Position numbers and translations under genes: made by a program. This document shows positions 12,671 to 23,395 of a stretch of 64,000 nucleotides of DNA, in pieces; within the stretch, counting starts at the first letter, position 1, and every line of letters begins with the position of its first letter. The notes beneath the pieces were generated by a model. The model ran no database searches. It was not told the DNA's origin and saw only the letters and a list, made by a program, of their open reading frames with translations. This stretch comes from Rhynchopus sp. YZ270_cl-10. Lineage: Eukaryota. The DNA lies in contig OZ037834.1 in assembly GCA_964035575.1 (NCBI GenBank), positions 1,674,001 through 1,738,000 on the forward strand, given 5' to 3'.

Positions 12671-13763
12671 ATTTTTCTTTATTTTTTTTTTGAACCGAAA
12701 TACTATGAAAAATAGCACCTAGTCTACCAACGTTTTCTGCTACTGTGTATAAAGGTGAGTGGTATCTACCTTAATATGCACAACATATTTATTGTACACA
12801 GCAGATGCCAGTCTTCGGAACAGTCAATCATACAAAAAAAAACAATGAGGAAATTGGTATCGTACAGAGGTGAGAGAGAGAGAGAGGGGGCTTTTCAGCG
12901 GTAGTCGGGCAGATATTGTTGTCCTTCTTTCAAGGTAGATGCAAGCCGCTCGTTTTGTTTTTTTAAACAGAGGCTTAGGTTCATCCGACCAGCGTCGTTC
13001 GTCGCTCGTCTGGATGTGAACGAGAGGCTTTCACATTTCAAGATTATTTTTTTCTTTTCTTAAGCAAAGGATGTCTGGTGTTCCCTTGTGGAGTGTGTAT
13101 CAGCAAGTTTTGCTTGTTTTTTTTTTTTTGCCATGCATTTGCGACTATGTGTCCAAAATGACTGTAAACAAATGGCGTTTTTCTTTAACACAATCAGCCT
13201 TTCGCTTTATTTTTTACCTCTGCACTGTTTCAGATGGGGTATTTGTAATTTTTCAGAGGGGCCTTGCAGGAGGAATACAGCATCAATTTTTGTCCACCAC
13301 ACACACACCCCCGCTTTTCCCCAAAAAGATCAAGGAAGAAAAGAAGAAAAAACATAACTTTCATCATCGCAATGTAAATAAAACCATTCGCGACCTAGTA
13401 CCCCCACACTCCAGCAACAGCCAAAAAATCAAACAATTGCACCTAATCAACTTCATTTCCCCCCCTTTTTCCTGGTTCCCCCCCAAAGCCATTCCTGCAT
13501 ATTGCAGGCTTCACACCTCTTCTGCAGACACCCTCTATATGCGTTGCATTCTCCTCCGAACTTTTCCCACAGAAAGTCGAAGCTGAATGTAATCATTGGT
13601 CCTACCATTATCGTCCAATATCCCCATCATGGGGACATATTCTCAAGAATTACCCCTATTTTTGTCAAACACCTACCTACATAACCTCAGAACATACACA
13701 CAAAAAAAAAAAAAAAAAAAAACCGTACAATAGAGTAGAGGCTTACCAAAGAGCTGAGACAAA

Positions 13764-13786
13764 TTTTTGTTTTTCTTTTCACTCAG
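13764..13786 (+). promoter_or_regulatory. Putative trans-splice acceptor (polypyrimidine tract + CAG) upstream of the kinase ATG
   Basis: TTTTTGTTTTTCTTTTCACTCAG ends 8 nt before ATG 13795. Similar Y-tract-AG sites end at 23383, 33780 and ~41064, shortly before other start codons. Confidence 0.55.
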
Positions 13787-13794
13787 GCCTCATA

Positions 13795-15585
13795 ATGCGG
13801 CCCGGTAAGCCGCGCCCACCCGTCAAGCTGAAGGGTGAGTTCAACCCGACACGGCGTGTTCCTTTGACAAAGGCTAGCCCATTGGCGGGTGTTGCTGTGG
13901 ATGATAAAGACTTTGTGGAGGCGAGGGTGACAGCAGGGGGTGCGTCGTCGAGCCCGCAGGTGGAGTTTGGATCGACCAATGTGGAGGAGACGAGCCGCAC
14001 CGCAAAGATGTACTTCGAAGGCAACCACCGTGGTACCGAGGACATCTGCACCGCCGCGCCTGCCCCAGCGACTCCACGCATTTCGTACGACCAATTAACA
14101 AACTTTGCTAAGATAGGTCGTGGCACCTTTGGAGATGTGTTTCGTGTGCAGGTAGACAGCGATCCATCCGCAGTGTACGCTCTGAAGAGGGTAACCTTCT
14201 CGAAGTCTGTGGAGGAGGTGAAGAATCTGAAGTGGAGCAAAAAACCCAAGAGGCACTTGGTGGTTTCGCATACAGCGTTTTGGTCGAAGTCGTTGTCTCA
14301 GGTGTGCATTTTAATGGAGTACATGCCGTATGGGTCGTTGAAGAACTATGTAGCACGCAACCATATGACCTCCTATGGCATTCACATTGTCGCAATCTCT
14401 CTCTTAGATGCGTTGTTTCACCTCTGCTCGCGCCACCTCGTCCACAGAGATGTCAAACCTGCCAATATCCTGATCGGACACAACGGAGTCATCAAACTCG
14501 CAGACTTCGGGATTTCTCGCGTCACCGAGAAAAATGAGGGTTCTCTAGTCTTCTCTCTCGTTGGAAGCGAGAATTGGATGGCCCCAGAACGTCTTCAAGG
14601 TACCGGATATTCTTACCCATCTGATGTTTATTCCTTTGGATTGGTGCTTGGATATCTTGCGTTGGGGGGAAGCCATCCATTGCCGTCGGGTTTAGAGGAA
14701 AACCGGCAGGTAGCTTTGAAAGAGCTGTGTCTGCAGGAAAGCCATCAGACGCATAGTTTGGCGTATGACGAAACGATTGACAGCATTATTTGGCGGACCA
14801 CTTCTATGGATGCTGCAGACCGCCCTACTGCCAAGGCATTATTAATGGAATATTCGGAAAGCGAGCACTTTGGGCCGGTTCTGGCGGCAGGCGACTATGG
14901 GATTGATGTACGCCGTGTACAACCTCTTCACCATGACGACCTAGCCTCCCCCACCACCACCGCCTCCACCTCTGAGAGCAACTCGAGCAACTCCGCCAAC
15001 TCCGAGGACGACAGCAGCGGCAACGGTGGGTCCACCTCCACCTCTTCAGATTCGAAGCGCATGAACAGCTCCTCAAGCTCAAGCAGCTCGAGGACTGATC
15101 CCCTCAATGCACCCTCGACAGAGCGGAGTATGGACATCAGACCATCATCTAAGGTGGCGACAGAAGGGTTGGAGATGAAGAGGTTTGGTGGAGACGAAGA
15201 GGATGGAGACGGAGGGGAGAACGACCCGTTGTGTGCGGTGGAGGAGGATGAGGAAGGGGGAGAGGAGGAGCAGGTGGTGGTACCGTGGTGGCAGTCGACG
15301 GCGCTTGCGAGGGCAGTGGCGTTGTTGTTGGCGGCGTTTGTGGTGTTGGTGGGTGGGGTGACTGTTGCGTCAACGGTTGCGCCTGCACAGTTCTCCCGTT
15401 TGGTTCTTCCATTAACAGTGCTCAGCTTTATCTTCCTCGCCTTTGCGTTCAACACCCAACACACCGTCCCCACAACTCTCCTCCGCAGAGTCGTGAGCCC
15501 TTTCTCCCAATCCAACCCCACCGACCCACTTCTCCCCCTCACAACACAACACCGTACCCCAACCCCTCCATTACCCTCAAAATAA
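13795..15585 (+). CDS. Ser/Thr protein kinase, MAP2K/STE7-like, with C-terminal hydrophobic helices
   Basis: IGRGTFGDV, YALKRV, HRDVKPANIL, KLADFG, GSENWMAPERL and SDVYSFG are all present. Basic/Pro N-terminus MRPGKPRPPVKL, a Ser-rich/acidic linker, and two hydrophobic segments near the C-terminus. Confidence 0.9.
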   Translation: MRPGKPRPPVKLKGEFNPTRRVPLTKASPLAGVAVDDKDFVEARVTAGGASSSPQVEFGSTNVEETSRTAKMYFEGNHRGTEDICTAAPAPATPRISYDQLTNFAKIGRGTFGDVFRVQVDSDPSAVYALKRVTFSKSVEEVKNLKWSKKPKRHLVVSHTAFWSKSLSQVCILMEYMPYGSLKNYVARNHMTSYGIHIVAISLLDALFHLCSRHLVHRDVKPANILIGHNGVIKLADFGISRVTEKNEGSLVFSLVGSENWMAPERLQGTGYSYPSDVYSFGLVLGYLALGGSHPLPSGLEENRQVALKELCLQESHQTHSLAYDETIDSIIWRTTSMDAADRPTAKALLMEYSESEHFGPVLAAGDYGIDVRRVQPLHHDDLASPTTTASTSESNSSNSANSEDDSSGNGGSTSTSSDSKRMNSSSSSSSSRTDPLNAPSTERSMDIRPSSKVATEGLEMKRFGGDEEDGDGGENDPLCAVEEDEEGGEEEQVVVPWWQSTALARAVALLLAAFVVLVGGVTVASTVAPAQFSRLVLPLTVLSFIFLAFAFNTQHTVPTTLLRRVVSPFSQSNPTDPLLPLTTQHRTPTPPLPSK

Positions 15586-16270
15586 TTCTGTGAAATAAAA
15601 CCCCAATGTTTTGCCTGGCCTAAAAAAGGGGGGGGGTCGGGAGGGGAGGGGGAGGGAACGAAAAAGCGAGCCAATCAAATTTTCAAAAAAAAAACCGAGT
15701 GTTATGCGATTTTTTGCTGGCGGGGTTACACAAAAAAGGGGGAGGAAAGAAGGAGGGGGTTTTTTTTTATATTTCTCCAGTGCCTGCTTCCGTCGATGAA
15801 CAGTGAGGAGTTTGCATTTTTAACTTCTCTCTCCCCCAGTCTGCGCCGTTGTTTTAAATGGTCTTTTTCGCCCTCATTAGAAGGGGGATAAAGGGCTGTA
15901 TTCAATTGCCTTTTTTCTTCGTTTTCTTCGTTTTTTTCTTTTTTTCTTTTTTTCATCTTTTTTTTTTTTTTGCATTGTTTGTGAAGGTTGAGGTGACTGA
16001 GCACAAGAGGCTTGGTATCATCTTTGCCAAAACCCCCTCCTTTTGTTTGTTTCTATTATACCATCTATTCAGTAGAATAGTTAGTATATGAAACAATTGT
16101 TTGTCTTTCCCGAGTCTGAATAAAACATAAATCGCAATTTTATTGGTTGGAATTTCTGTGGTGGCTGGGATGGCACATACAATGGAATTTTCTGTTACAT
16201 TGTCGAAAAATCCCACTGCCTTTATTTATATAAACTTCACTTTTGTTTTTGTCGGGGTTTCGATAACCCG

Positions 16271-16328
16271 CGGAGTGTCAGTGCCCTGCTTCCCAGAGGC
16301 GGTTTGCACTATTACAAATAACTTCACC
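16271..16328 (+). repeat. Short dispersed hairpin repeat, family B (CGGAGTGTCAGTGCCTGCGTCCCAGAGGCGTTTTGCACTATCAACTTCAC)
   Basis: Related copies at ~12557-12606 and ~57485-57534. Twice it is followed closely by family A. Confidence 0.8.
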
Positions 16329-17077
16329 TTTGTGTAAGGCGACTAAAGCACGTGAAGTCAAGCTTAGGTTCATCTTATAAACCTCTTCTTCTTTTTTTCC
16401 CCATCCAAATCAGACCGGGGGTTATTGGCTGTGTATGTATGCCTGCATATGCGCTGCTTCACCCCCATCGTGAGAACGCCAACTTTCAAAAAAAATTTTT
16501 ACATTGTGGAACTCATTCTGGGTGTTTACACTAATACAAAAAACCAAGTTTTCAAAAAAAAAGATAATGAGGGGAGAAGTCGGTAGGGTGGGTAGCTACA
16601 CCTCCCTTGCACGATCACAGAAGCCATATTACTGAGGTTTTCTCGATTGATCAAGGGGTTTTAGGGTTCGAAAAGGGAAACGAATAGAGCATGTAAACCT
16701 GTTTGATAAATGCAACAGTGGTTAAAACGTCTCTGCATCAAAGGACGGTCTTTCACATTCTGAAGTTCCCCCGCCCTCTGACACTACGCAAAAAAAAAAA
16801 AAATGCGTTGAGGACTGAAACACGATGTACTGAGCCTTTTTTTTTTTACCGACTACTTCATTTTCTTACATAGAAACGCCCCTTTTTACCCTCGCCCCGT
16901 TCCCCAAATATTGATGAGACAGCTTGTGTATCTACGCTTTCAAAAAAAAAAAGCAAAAAAAAAAAGTTACTTTCTTGAGTTTAGGACGATTTGCGTCTAT
17001 ATCATTTCGGTGCAAATAGCCTTTGGGCGACGGTGAGTGCAATACTACTCGGTTAGTGATTGTCGACACAGCAACAA

Positions 17078-17174
17078 CCACCTGATTTTTACCCCGCGTA
17101 TAGGTGTGTACAGGCCACGTACAGGCGCGTATATGGTCCTGTACGTGCCTATACGCGGGGTAAAAATCTGGTGG
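17078..17174. mobile_element. 97-bp MITE with apparent 5-bp target duplication
   Basis: TIR CCACCTGATTTTTACCCCGCGTATAGG ... CCTATACGCGGGGTAAAAATCTGGTGG, with AACAA on both flanks. Confidence 0.75.
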
Positions 17175-17582
17175 AACAAATAAAAAAATGTACAGATCGT
17201 TATACCAGTAGGTATAACGTGATTGTCGATACAACAAAAAAAAGCAAGAAAAAATAATGCGAAACCCTTAGCTATATATACCGCCCTGAGTTTTCAGTGT
17301 CTGACTTTCAGTGTCTCCCTCCAAGGCGGGAAGGCTGCGTCGCACTGGCAACGTTTCTCTTTCATTTTCATTTTTTTTTCATTTTTAAATGTTTCCTCCC
17401 TCCCTTTTTGCTTCGTCTTTATGTTTTCTATGTTTTGTATTCTGTTCCGTATTTGTTGCGAAAAAAAAAAACCTGTTTTCTTGGTGACTAAACTCATACA
17501 GTTTAGGCTCATTTTTACCATTTTCTTTTTATAGATGCACATTTTATCTGCATTTTTTTTTTTTTTTTTTTTTTTTTGTTTT

Positions 17583-17650
17583 TCATCCGGATGGCTGGCA
17601 TCGTACAGTGGGTCGGAGGTGTGCCTGCATGCAAACCCCCCCTGCATCAA
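17583..17650 (+). repeat. Short dispersed repeat, family C (TCATCCGGATGGCTGGCATCGTACAGTGGGTCAGTCGGAGGTGCCTGCAT)
   Basis: Related copies at ~32191-32238 and ~62781-62836; partial copies at ~30270 and ~36821. Confidence 0.78.
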
Positions 17651-17685
17651 TAACTATTCTTGTCAAGGTGACTAAGCACGAGAGG

Positions 17686-17725
17686 GATGAATAACCAATG
17701 TTCAAAACATTAAGTAATCTAATCA
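17686..17725 (+). mobile_element. 40-bp insert with 16-bp target duplication inside a family-A hairpin
   Basis: GACTAAGCACGAGAGG at 17670-17685 and 17726-17741 flanks GATGAATAACCAATGTTCAAAACATTAAGTAATCTAATCA. Confidence 0.82.
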
Positions 17726-18586
17726 GACTAAGCACGAGAGGCTGAGGATCATCTTATAAACTTTTCTTTCAATTTGATGGAATGTGCCCAATGCACGCGG
17801 GACCTGTTCCCTCTCAAACTGTTTCTGTTATATTTTCCATTCTGGTCTGGATGGGGAAACGTCAGGCTGATACAACACACCCCCTCCCTTCGAGTGAACT
17901 ACAAGGAAATGCCCCAAGGCATTTCACCCTTTTTCCAAGAAGCGTTTTAAAAAAAAAAGCACCCATTTTGCCTCACCCCCCATTTGATGTGTATAGATAT
18001 TCATCAATTTTTCCTTTTTCGCGTACACTGTCAACAAAGGGGGCGTATTTTTTCAAAAATAAAATTTGAAAGGTGGAAGCTTGCACATTTGTGGCAACTA
18101 CACTATTCCAACAATTTTTTTTTCAAAATAAATTTTCTTTTGGGTAGGTTGAAATAAAACCAGGCTTTTGTCTTTATGTTGCAGCTTCTTTCTTCCTCTC
18201 TAAAAAAGGGCAACTGATGTACATTGTGATCACACTGTTGCAATTTTACTAAAAATGGTATTTCTAGCCTTTCAATAGGCAAATAGTTGAGTGCATAAAC
18301 CGACATATTTAGGTAGGTTATTGTCCATAACACATAATGATGAGAGACTGTAATAGCAGAATACACCAAAAAAAAAAACCCCCCTCCTGAAAATATTCAG
18401 GAGATTTGGGGAGAAAGTGGGTCAGCTGACCCATTTTGTTAGGGAATAAGTGAAATAGTGGGTCAGACCAAAAGAAAACGAACTCCCGCTCGGACCCACT
18501 TCATTTTTTTTGACCTACTTTTGGGGGTTTTTTTGTCCTAGAACAGAAATCCTGCCCTGAATATTGTCAAAAGAAAAGGTGTTATT

Positions 18587-18645
18587 AGCTCATCCTCAGG
18601 TGTGTCTACACTACAACCAAGTTTTCAAAAAAAAAAAAAAAAAAA
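18587..18645 (+). repeat. Short dispersed A-tailed repeat, family E (GTGGAGCTCATCCTCGGGTGTCTACACTAATACAACCAAGTTTTC-polyA)
   Basis: Related copies at ~16505-16562, ~19450-19482, ~25873-25921 and ~30454-30495, each ending in an A run. Confidence 0.75.
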
Positions 18646-18760
18646 CATAAGCACCATGTATCGTAGCTGCGAGAACCTGTCTAGAAAGGTTTTCACGACC
18701 CAATCGAGGCGTGCACTTCAAAGTTTTTGCACCCAGACAGGTTTGCTGCGAGCACGATAT

Positions 18761-19360
18761 GGGTCGATTTCAAACCCCCCCCCCCCCCCAAAAGTTCTTT
18801 TTTGTCTTTTTCATGATATAGGCAGTTTTTTTGCAGTCTGAGGTCCGGAACCGCCCCAAAAACGATTTTCTGGGAGGTTTTGGGAGGTTTTGGGGCGAAA
18901 TGGACCTTTTTTGACCATTTTTATGGTATTTTTAGGCTGTTTTTGGCCCTTCTTCTTACACAGCCTATTGGGGGTCAAAATAGCTATTTTTGACCAAAAA
19001 ACACAATTTATTTGACGCCAGGAGGCCTCCGTTGGCCCAAATATATCCCAAAAATGGGCTGTGAGCCCAATCCGACCTGTTTTGGGCACATTTGGCACTT
19101 TTCTTGGTGCTTATTTGATGTTTTTTGGTCAAAAATAGCTATTTTGACCCCCAATAGGCTGTGTAAGAAGAAGGGCCAAAAACAGCCTAAAAATACCATA
19201 AAAATGGTCAAAAAAGGTCCATTTCGCCCCAAAACCTCCCAAAACCTCCCAGAAAATCGTTTTTGGGGCGGTTCCGGACCTCAGACTGCAAAAAAACTGC
19301 CTATATCATGAAAAAGACAAAAAAGAACTTTTGGGGGGGGGGGGGTTTTGAAATCGACCC
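18761..19360. mobile_element. 600-bp foldback element with ~240-bp near-perfect inverted arms
   Basis: 18761-19003 is the reverse complement of 19119-19360 (GGGTCGATTTC ... GAAATCGACCC), with ATAT on both flanks. Confidence 0.92.
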
Positions 19361-19612
19361 ATATATAAAGTCAAATGACTGAGGGTGTGTCTTACGTTAT
19401 CAAACGTTCTTCCTCTTTTTCTTTTTCCTGATGCCCAAAAACCCCTGGTATCTACACTATAAAGTTTTCAAAAAAAAAAAAATTATTCAGCGTGTTTTTT
19501 GAAAACATCCTCCAAAAGAAAAATATTCTTCTCTCTCCCCTTGCCGTTCTGTTTAGTAATCATATCTGTCTTCTGTGGGAGGGTGGCTGGACTTTGTTTG
19601 TTTTCTTTTTGT

Positions 19613-19650
19613 GGTACACTGTTCACGAGAGGGCTTTTGTATTTCAAGTC
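19613..19650 (+). repeat. Short dispersed hairpin repeat, family D (GGTACACTGTCACGAGAGGGCTTTGTATTTCAAGTC)
   Basis: Copies at ~10665, ~19613, ~36762 and ~54186; degenerate copies at ~6088 and ~9686. Confidence 0.85.
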
Positions 19651-19721
19651 AATTTTGGTTTCTTTTTGTGTTGAAATACTCATGGTACTATAATACAATG
19701 TATTCAATTTATTGAATGCAC

Positions 19722-20948
19722 CACGGCATCCATAAGCCCTTACTAAGGGATATGAGCTCCACCTCTTAATTTTTTAAGCCCTTAATTTTGAGATCAGCTA
19801 AAATTAAGGGCTTAATTTCTTACTAAGGGCTTACTAAGGGCTTAGTAAGAAATTAAGGGCTTAATTTAAGGGCTTACAAAAAGCTTACCAAGAGTGTACT
19901 TACCCTAGGCATACTGTGCGGGCGAGTAGAAAAAACTCGCCCATTTTTGGAGGGCGAGTTTTTTTTCGGTGGGGATTTTACCTTGGGAAAAGTGCACCTG
20001 CGAAAATATGAGTGAAATTTCATTTGCCTGCAGGTATGCTATTAACCGGCATGGCGAGTACGTTGTACAGCGAATCTAGCCCCTACTCATGCCTTTGTGG
20101 TCCTCCATATTGTAGTGCATCTTGACAAGATGCACTACAATATGATACATACAGGACCTGAATTTGGGCGAGTTTTGGACGAATTTTGGCCGGTGTAGTC
20201 ATAGACTCGATGCGAGTCGCATTCTCGGACTATTTTTGGTCTGGCGAAAAATTCTTGCACAATTCTCGCACGATTCTCCGTGGTCACGTAACGCTAAAAT
20301 CCTCCGTGATGCGAGAATTACATGCGAGAATGCGATAATGAATCTCGCATGCGAACACCCAAAACCACGAAGGAGGACGCAAGCAAGGCTTTACTGCACT
20401 TATGGTACAGGATACGTTGTCATTTTCAGGTACAAAAAAGGGTACTTTGAAGCAGTTGAGGCACACACCCGTTGCAAAATGCATTTGTACTTCATTTCTG
20501 TGGGACCCACGCTAGACCCCAAAAGCTGTAATACATATATTTCCACCTCGGGACACCAGCGGATGTGGACCGAGGTGTTTTTTGGATGTTGAGAAGGATT
20601 TTTGTCCGATTGTAGAATTTTTTCGGTAAGTGTTGCATTTGTCCCACACTCTGACGATCGGGTGACGGAATTTTGGGTGATTTTTCACAATTATCGCATT
20701 TTAATTTTGCTGAGGTCCAAAACTACCCCTATGGTCTTAGTACACTCTTAGTAAGCTCTTTGTAAGCCCTTAAATTAAGCCCTTAATTTCTTACTAAGCC
20801 CTTAGTAAGCCCTTAGTAAGAACTCTAAGCCCTTAAATTAAGCCCTTAATTTTAGAGTGCCTTAAAATTAAGGGCTTAATGTAAGAGGTGGGAGGTGGTA
20901 TTTTTACCTCCGGAGGATAGGTCCTGGTAAGGGCTTATGGATGCCGTG
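19722..20948. mobile_element. 1.2-kb TIR element with subterminal TAAGCCCT/AGGGCTTA repeats and 6-bp target duplication
   Basis: TIR CACGGCATCCATAAGCCCTTAC ... GTAAGGGCTTATGGATGCCGTG. ATGCAC at 19716-19721 and 20949-20954. Looser inverted similarity extends about 180 bp inward. Confidence 0.85.
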
Positions 20949-21190
20949 ATGCACATATTGCAATAATTTGTTGTGGTGCCATAATACCCTTTTTATCGTG
21001 CATTGGAGAAGATTTGATGGTGTGCACTTTGCGCAAATCTTCACACAAAAAGCAAAGGGGAGGTTTTCTCTTTGGGTTGCTGTGTGAGGTTCAACGGAGT
21101 ACTATAAGATCTCAGGTTCATCCACCAAACCCTTTTTTTTTTTTTTTTTTTTTTTTGTTTTTTTTTGCTTTGCTTTTTTGTCTTTTATTC

Positions 21191-22284
21191 CACAGTTAAA
21201 TAAAGTATACGAAGGATTTGGCACTTTTAGCGTGATTCTTTTTAATGATAATTTCACGCCGTGTTTTTTTCGCAAATAAAAACCACGCTAATTGAACTTT
21301 ATTTATTTCACGCATTTTCGCTTTTTTTCACTGCAATTCCTTAGGAGCGTGATTTTATTTTTGTTTTTTTCACGCTAAAACAGGGGTTTTTTTTGGCGAT
21401 AACTTCACGCTAAATTTTGGTACATCCTGCACCACCACCCGCCTAAAAATTGAAAATTGCGATTTTTTTTTTGCACTTTTCCCATTTTTTTTTTGACACA
21501 CGCAACATGCCGAAGGATCTAAGACGCAAACGGTCCTCCGACAAGAGATGGACGAGCACTACAGTGGTTTTGTTGAAGGACTAGCATCGTCGACACCGTA
21601 CATCCGTGAATGGGACCGCTTTTTAAGGGAAACCCAACGGTAAGCCCACGGAAGCCGACTTTGTTTTGTGCATAGTGCATCAAATCGTCGTCGTAATGGA
21701 CAGCGTTCAGTAAGCTGAGCAGCATATTGGTGAGGAAGTATGGGGTGCAACTGCAAGACCAGTTTCCGAAGCTCGTGTGTCTCTTGAAGCAACACGAGAC
21801 CGGCTACCGACACGACAGTCCAAGACACTCCTCACTTACGAAACAAGAAATCGACTCCTTCATTACCTATGAAGGCGAAGGACACACCACCCCCTTACTT
21901 CATTGTGAGGAAGGCGGTGCTGACATGATATTCTGTGATGGGCGGGGATCTTCTGAATGTCTCTCGCTCTTGCACGATAGCCATTTCCCGACCTCCCGCT
22001 AGCACCCGGGCCCAGTTTACCGGGTTTTTGCAGGTTCCCCCCGCGGGAGGGTAACAGGGCTGGAGGGACCCTCCAGCCTTTTTTAGCCTCCCTCCAGCCC
22101 CTCAGGTACGCCAGCCCCCCCAGCGGGAGTCCCGCTAGCCTAGCTAGGGGTCCCGTGGGATTCCCGGTAGCGCTGGCGGGAGGGTAATGAGAGCTACCTG
22201 GAGGGACACAAACTCGTTAGTTATTGCACAATAAATGAGTCACGCTAAAAGTGCCAAATCCTTTCGTATACTTTATTTAACGTG
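21191..22284. mobile_element. Element bounded by ~45-bp inverted repeats containing a decayed tyrosine-recombinase fragment
   Basis: CACAGTTAAATAAAGTATACGAAGGATTTGGCACTTTTAGCGTGA at 21191 has a near-exact reverse complement ending at 22284. Confidence 0.75.
21507..21900 (+). pseudogene. Degenerate Crypton-like tyrosine recombinase, N-terminal part
   Basis: Across frameshifts and stops: SSTPYIREWDRFL ... KSSS*WTAFSKLSSILVRKYGVQLQDQFPKLVCLLKQHETGYRHDSPRHSSLTKQEIDSFI. This resembles the KSSTLW..YSML...YPKL...LK....GY.PKKS..LT.EEI..FL pattern I recall from Crypton-type recombinases. Confidence 0.55.
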
Positions 22285-23395
22285 AAATAAAATTACGTAT
22301 TCAACGCCTTTTAGCGAATTTTTTTGCGATACTTCACTTATTTTTTTCCCAGGCTCGTGGATTCAATTTGCCTCGCTTCGCTCGGCAAATTAACTACCAC
22401 TCGCCTGGGAAAAAAATGCGTGAAGTTATCGCAAAAAAAAACCACGCTAAAAGGCGTTGAATAAATAGTTATTTTTTGTCCGAAAAAAAGGGTGATTTTG
22501 TTCTGTTGCATTATAGTGAGTTGGGTATGGGTGTATTCTGCGCTACACAGGGTATCACTCATTTCCACTCATTAGGATATCCTTTTTGAGGGAATAGACA
22601 GTATTTCGGGAGGGGGGAAAAAGTTATTTTCAGAAAAATACCCCCCCTGGGAAATTTGGTAGTGTGTATAGTGATTCTCGATGCAGCAACAAACAATATT
22701 GAATGGTACCTAAATGAATGCTGTTAAAGCATGTCAAATGCAGATGCAACAAAACCAATTTCCCCTTGCAAAAAGAGGGGTGGGGTGGGTGGGGCATCGT
22801 TGCGACAGCACAACGTGGCCCTGCACATTTTCCTTTTTTTTTTAGCTAAAAAAAAACATCAAATAAAACAAAACAAAACAACAACAACAACAAAAACGCT
22901 AAGACCATGGAAAGCATGGTCATACATATGCATGCAATCACCTCCCCCTTCCCCTCCCCATTTTTTTTCTTCTCTCCTCATCAACGAAGCCTACCAACTC
23001 AACCGCACTCCGTACTCTGCTGGAAAAAAAAATGTTGTAGCGCGTTTCCCGACCTCTGTCTGGCCTCTGCTGGCGGGTGGCTTTTTCTCTGAACCTCCGG
23101 TGGTTGATCTGGCTAATCACACCGCTTGAGGAAAGCGGACAGGCCAGGTGGGGAGAGGGGATGCGGGGTGGTGCGCGGAAGGTGTGTTGCTCACGCTTAT
23201 ATCAGAGCTACAAAAAAAAACCGATCTCTCGACGCACCCCTCCATTCACAATGATTGAATGATGTGCACCGGGGGAGGGAAAGGAACCCTTCTTGAGAGC
23301 TTTGTCTTTTTTTAAGGTGACTAAGCACGAGAGGCTTAGGATCATCTTATAAACTTTTCTTTTTTTTTAACCCCCCCTCCCAGGGAAAATACACC

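Noticed and set aside
17686..17725. 40-bp insert as a spliced-leader copy
   Set aside because: The length is similar, but neither strand contains the AAC(T/C)AAC start or the CAGTTTCTGTAC core of kinetoplastid/diplonemid leaders.
18388..18569. Possible small MITE (AATATTCAGG ... CCTGAATATT)
   Set aside because: The inverted repeat is short and the boundaries and duplication are ambiguous.
23314..23353. ACGAGAGG loop as an rRNA sarcin-ricin fragment or an H/ACA-type RNA
   Set aside because: The match is only about 8 nt with no flanking rRNA similarity, and there is no consistent ACA/AGA box after the stems.
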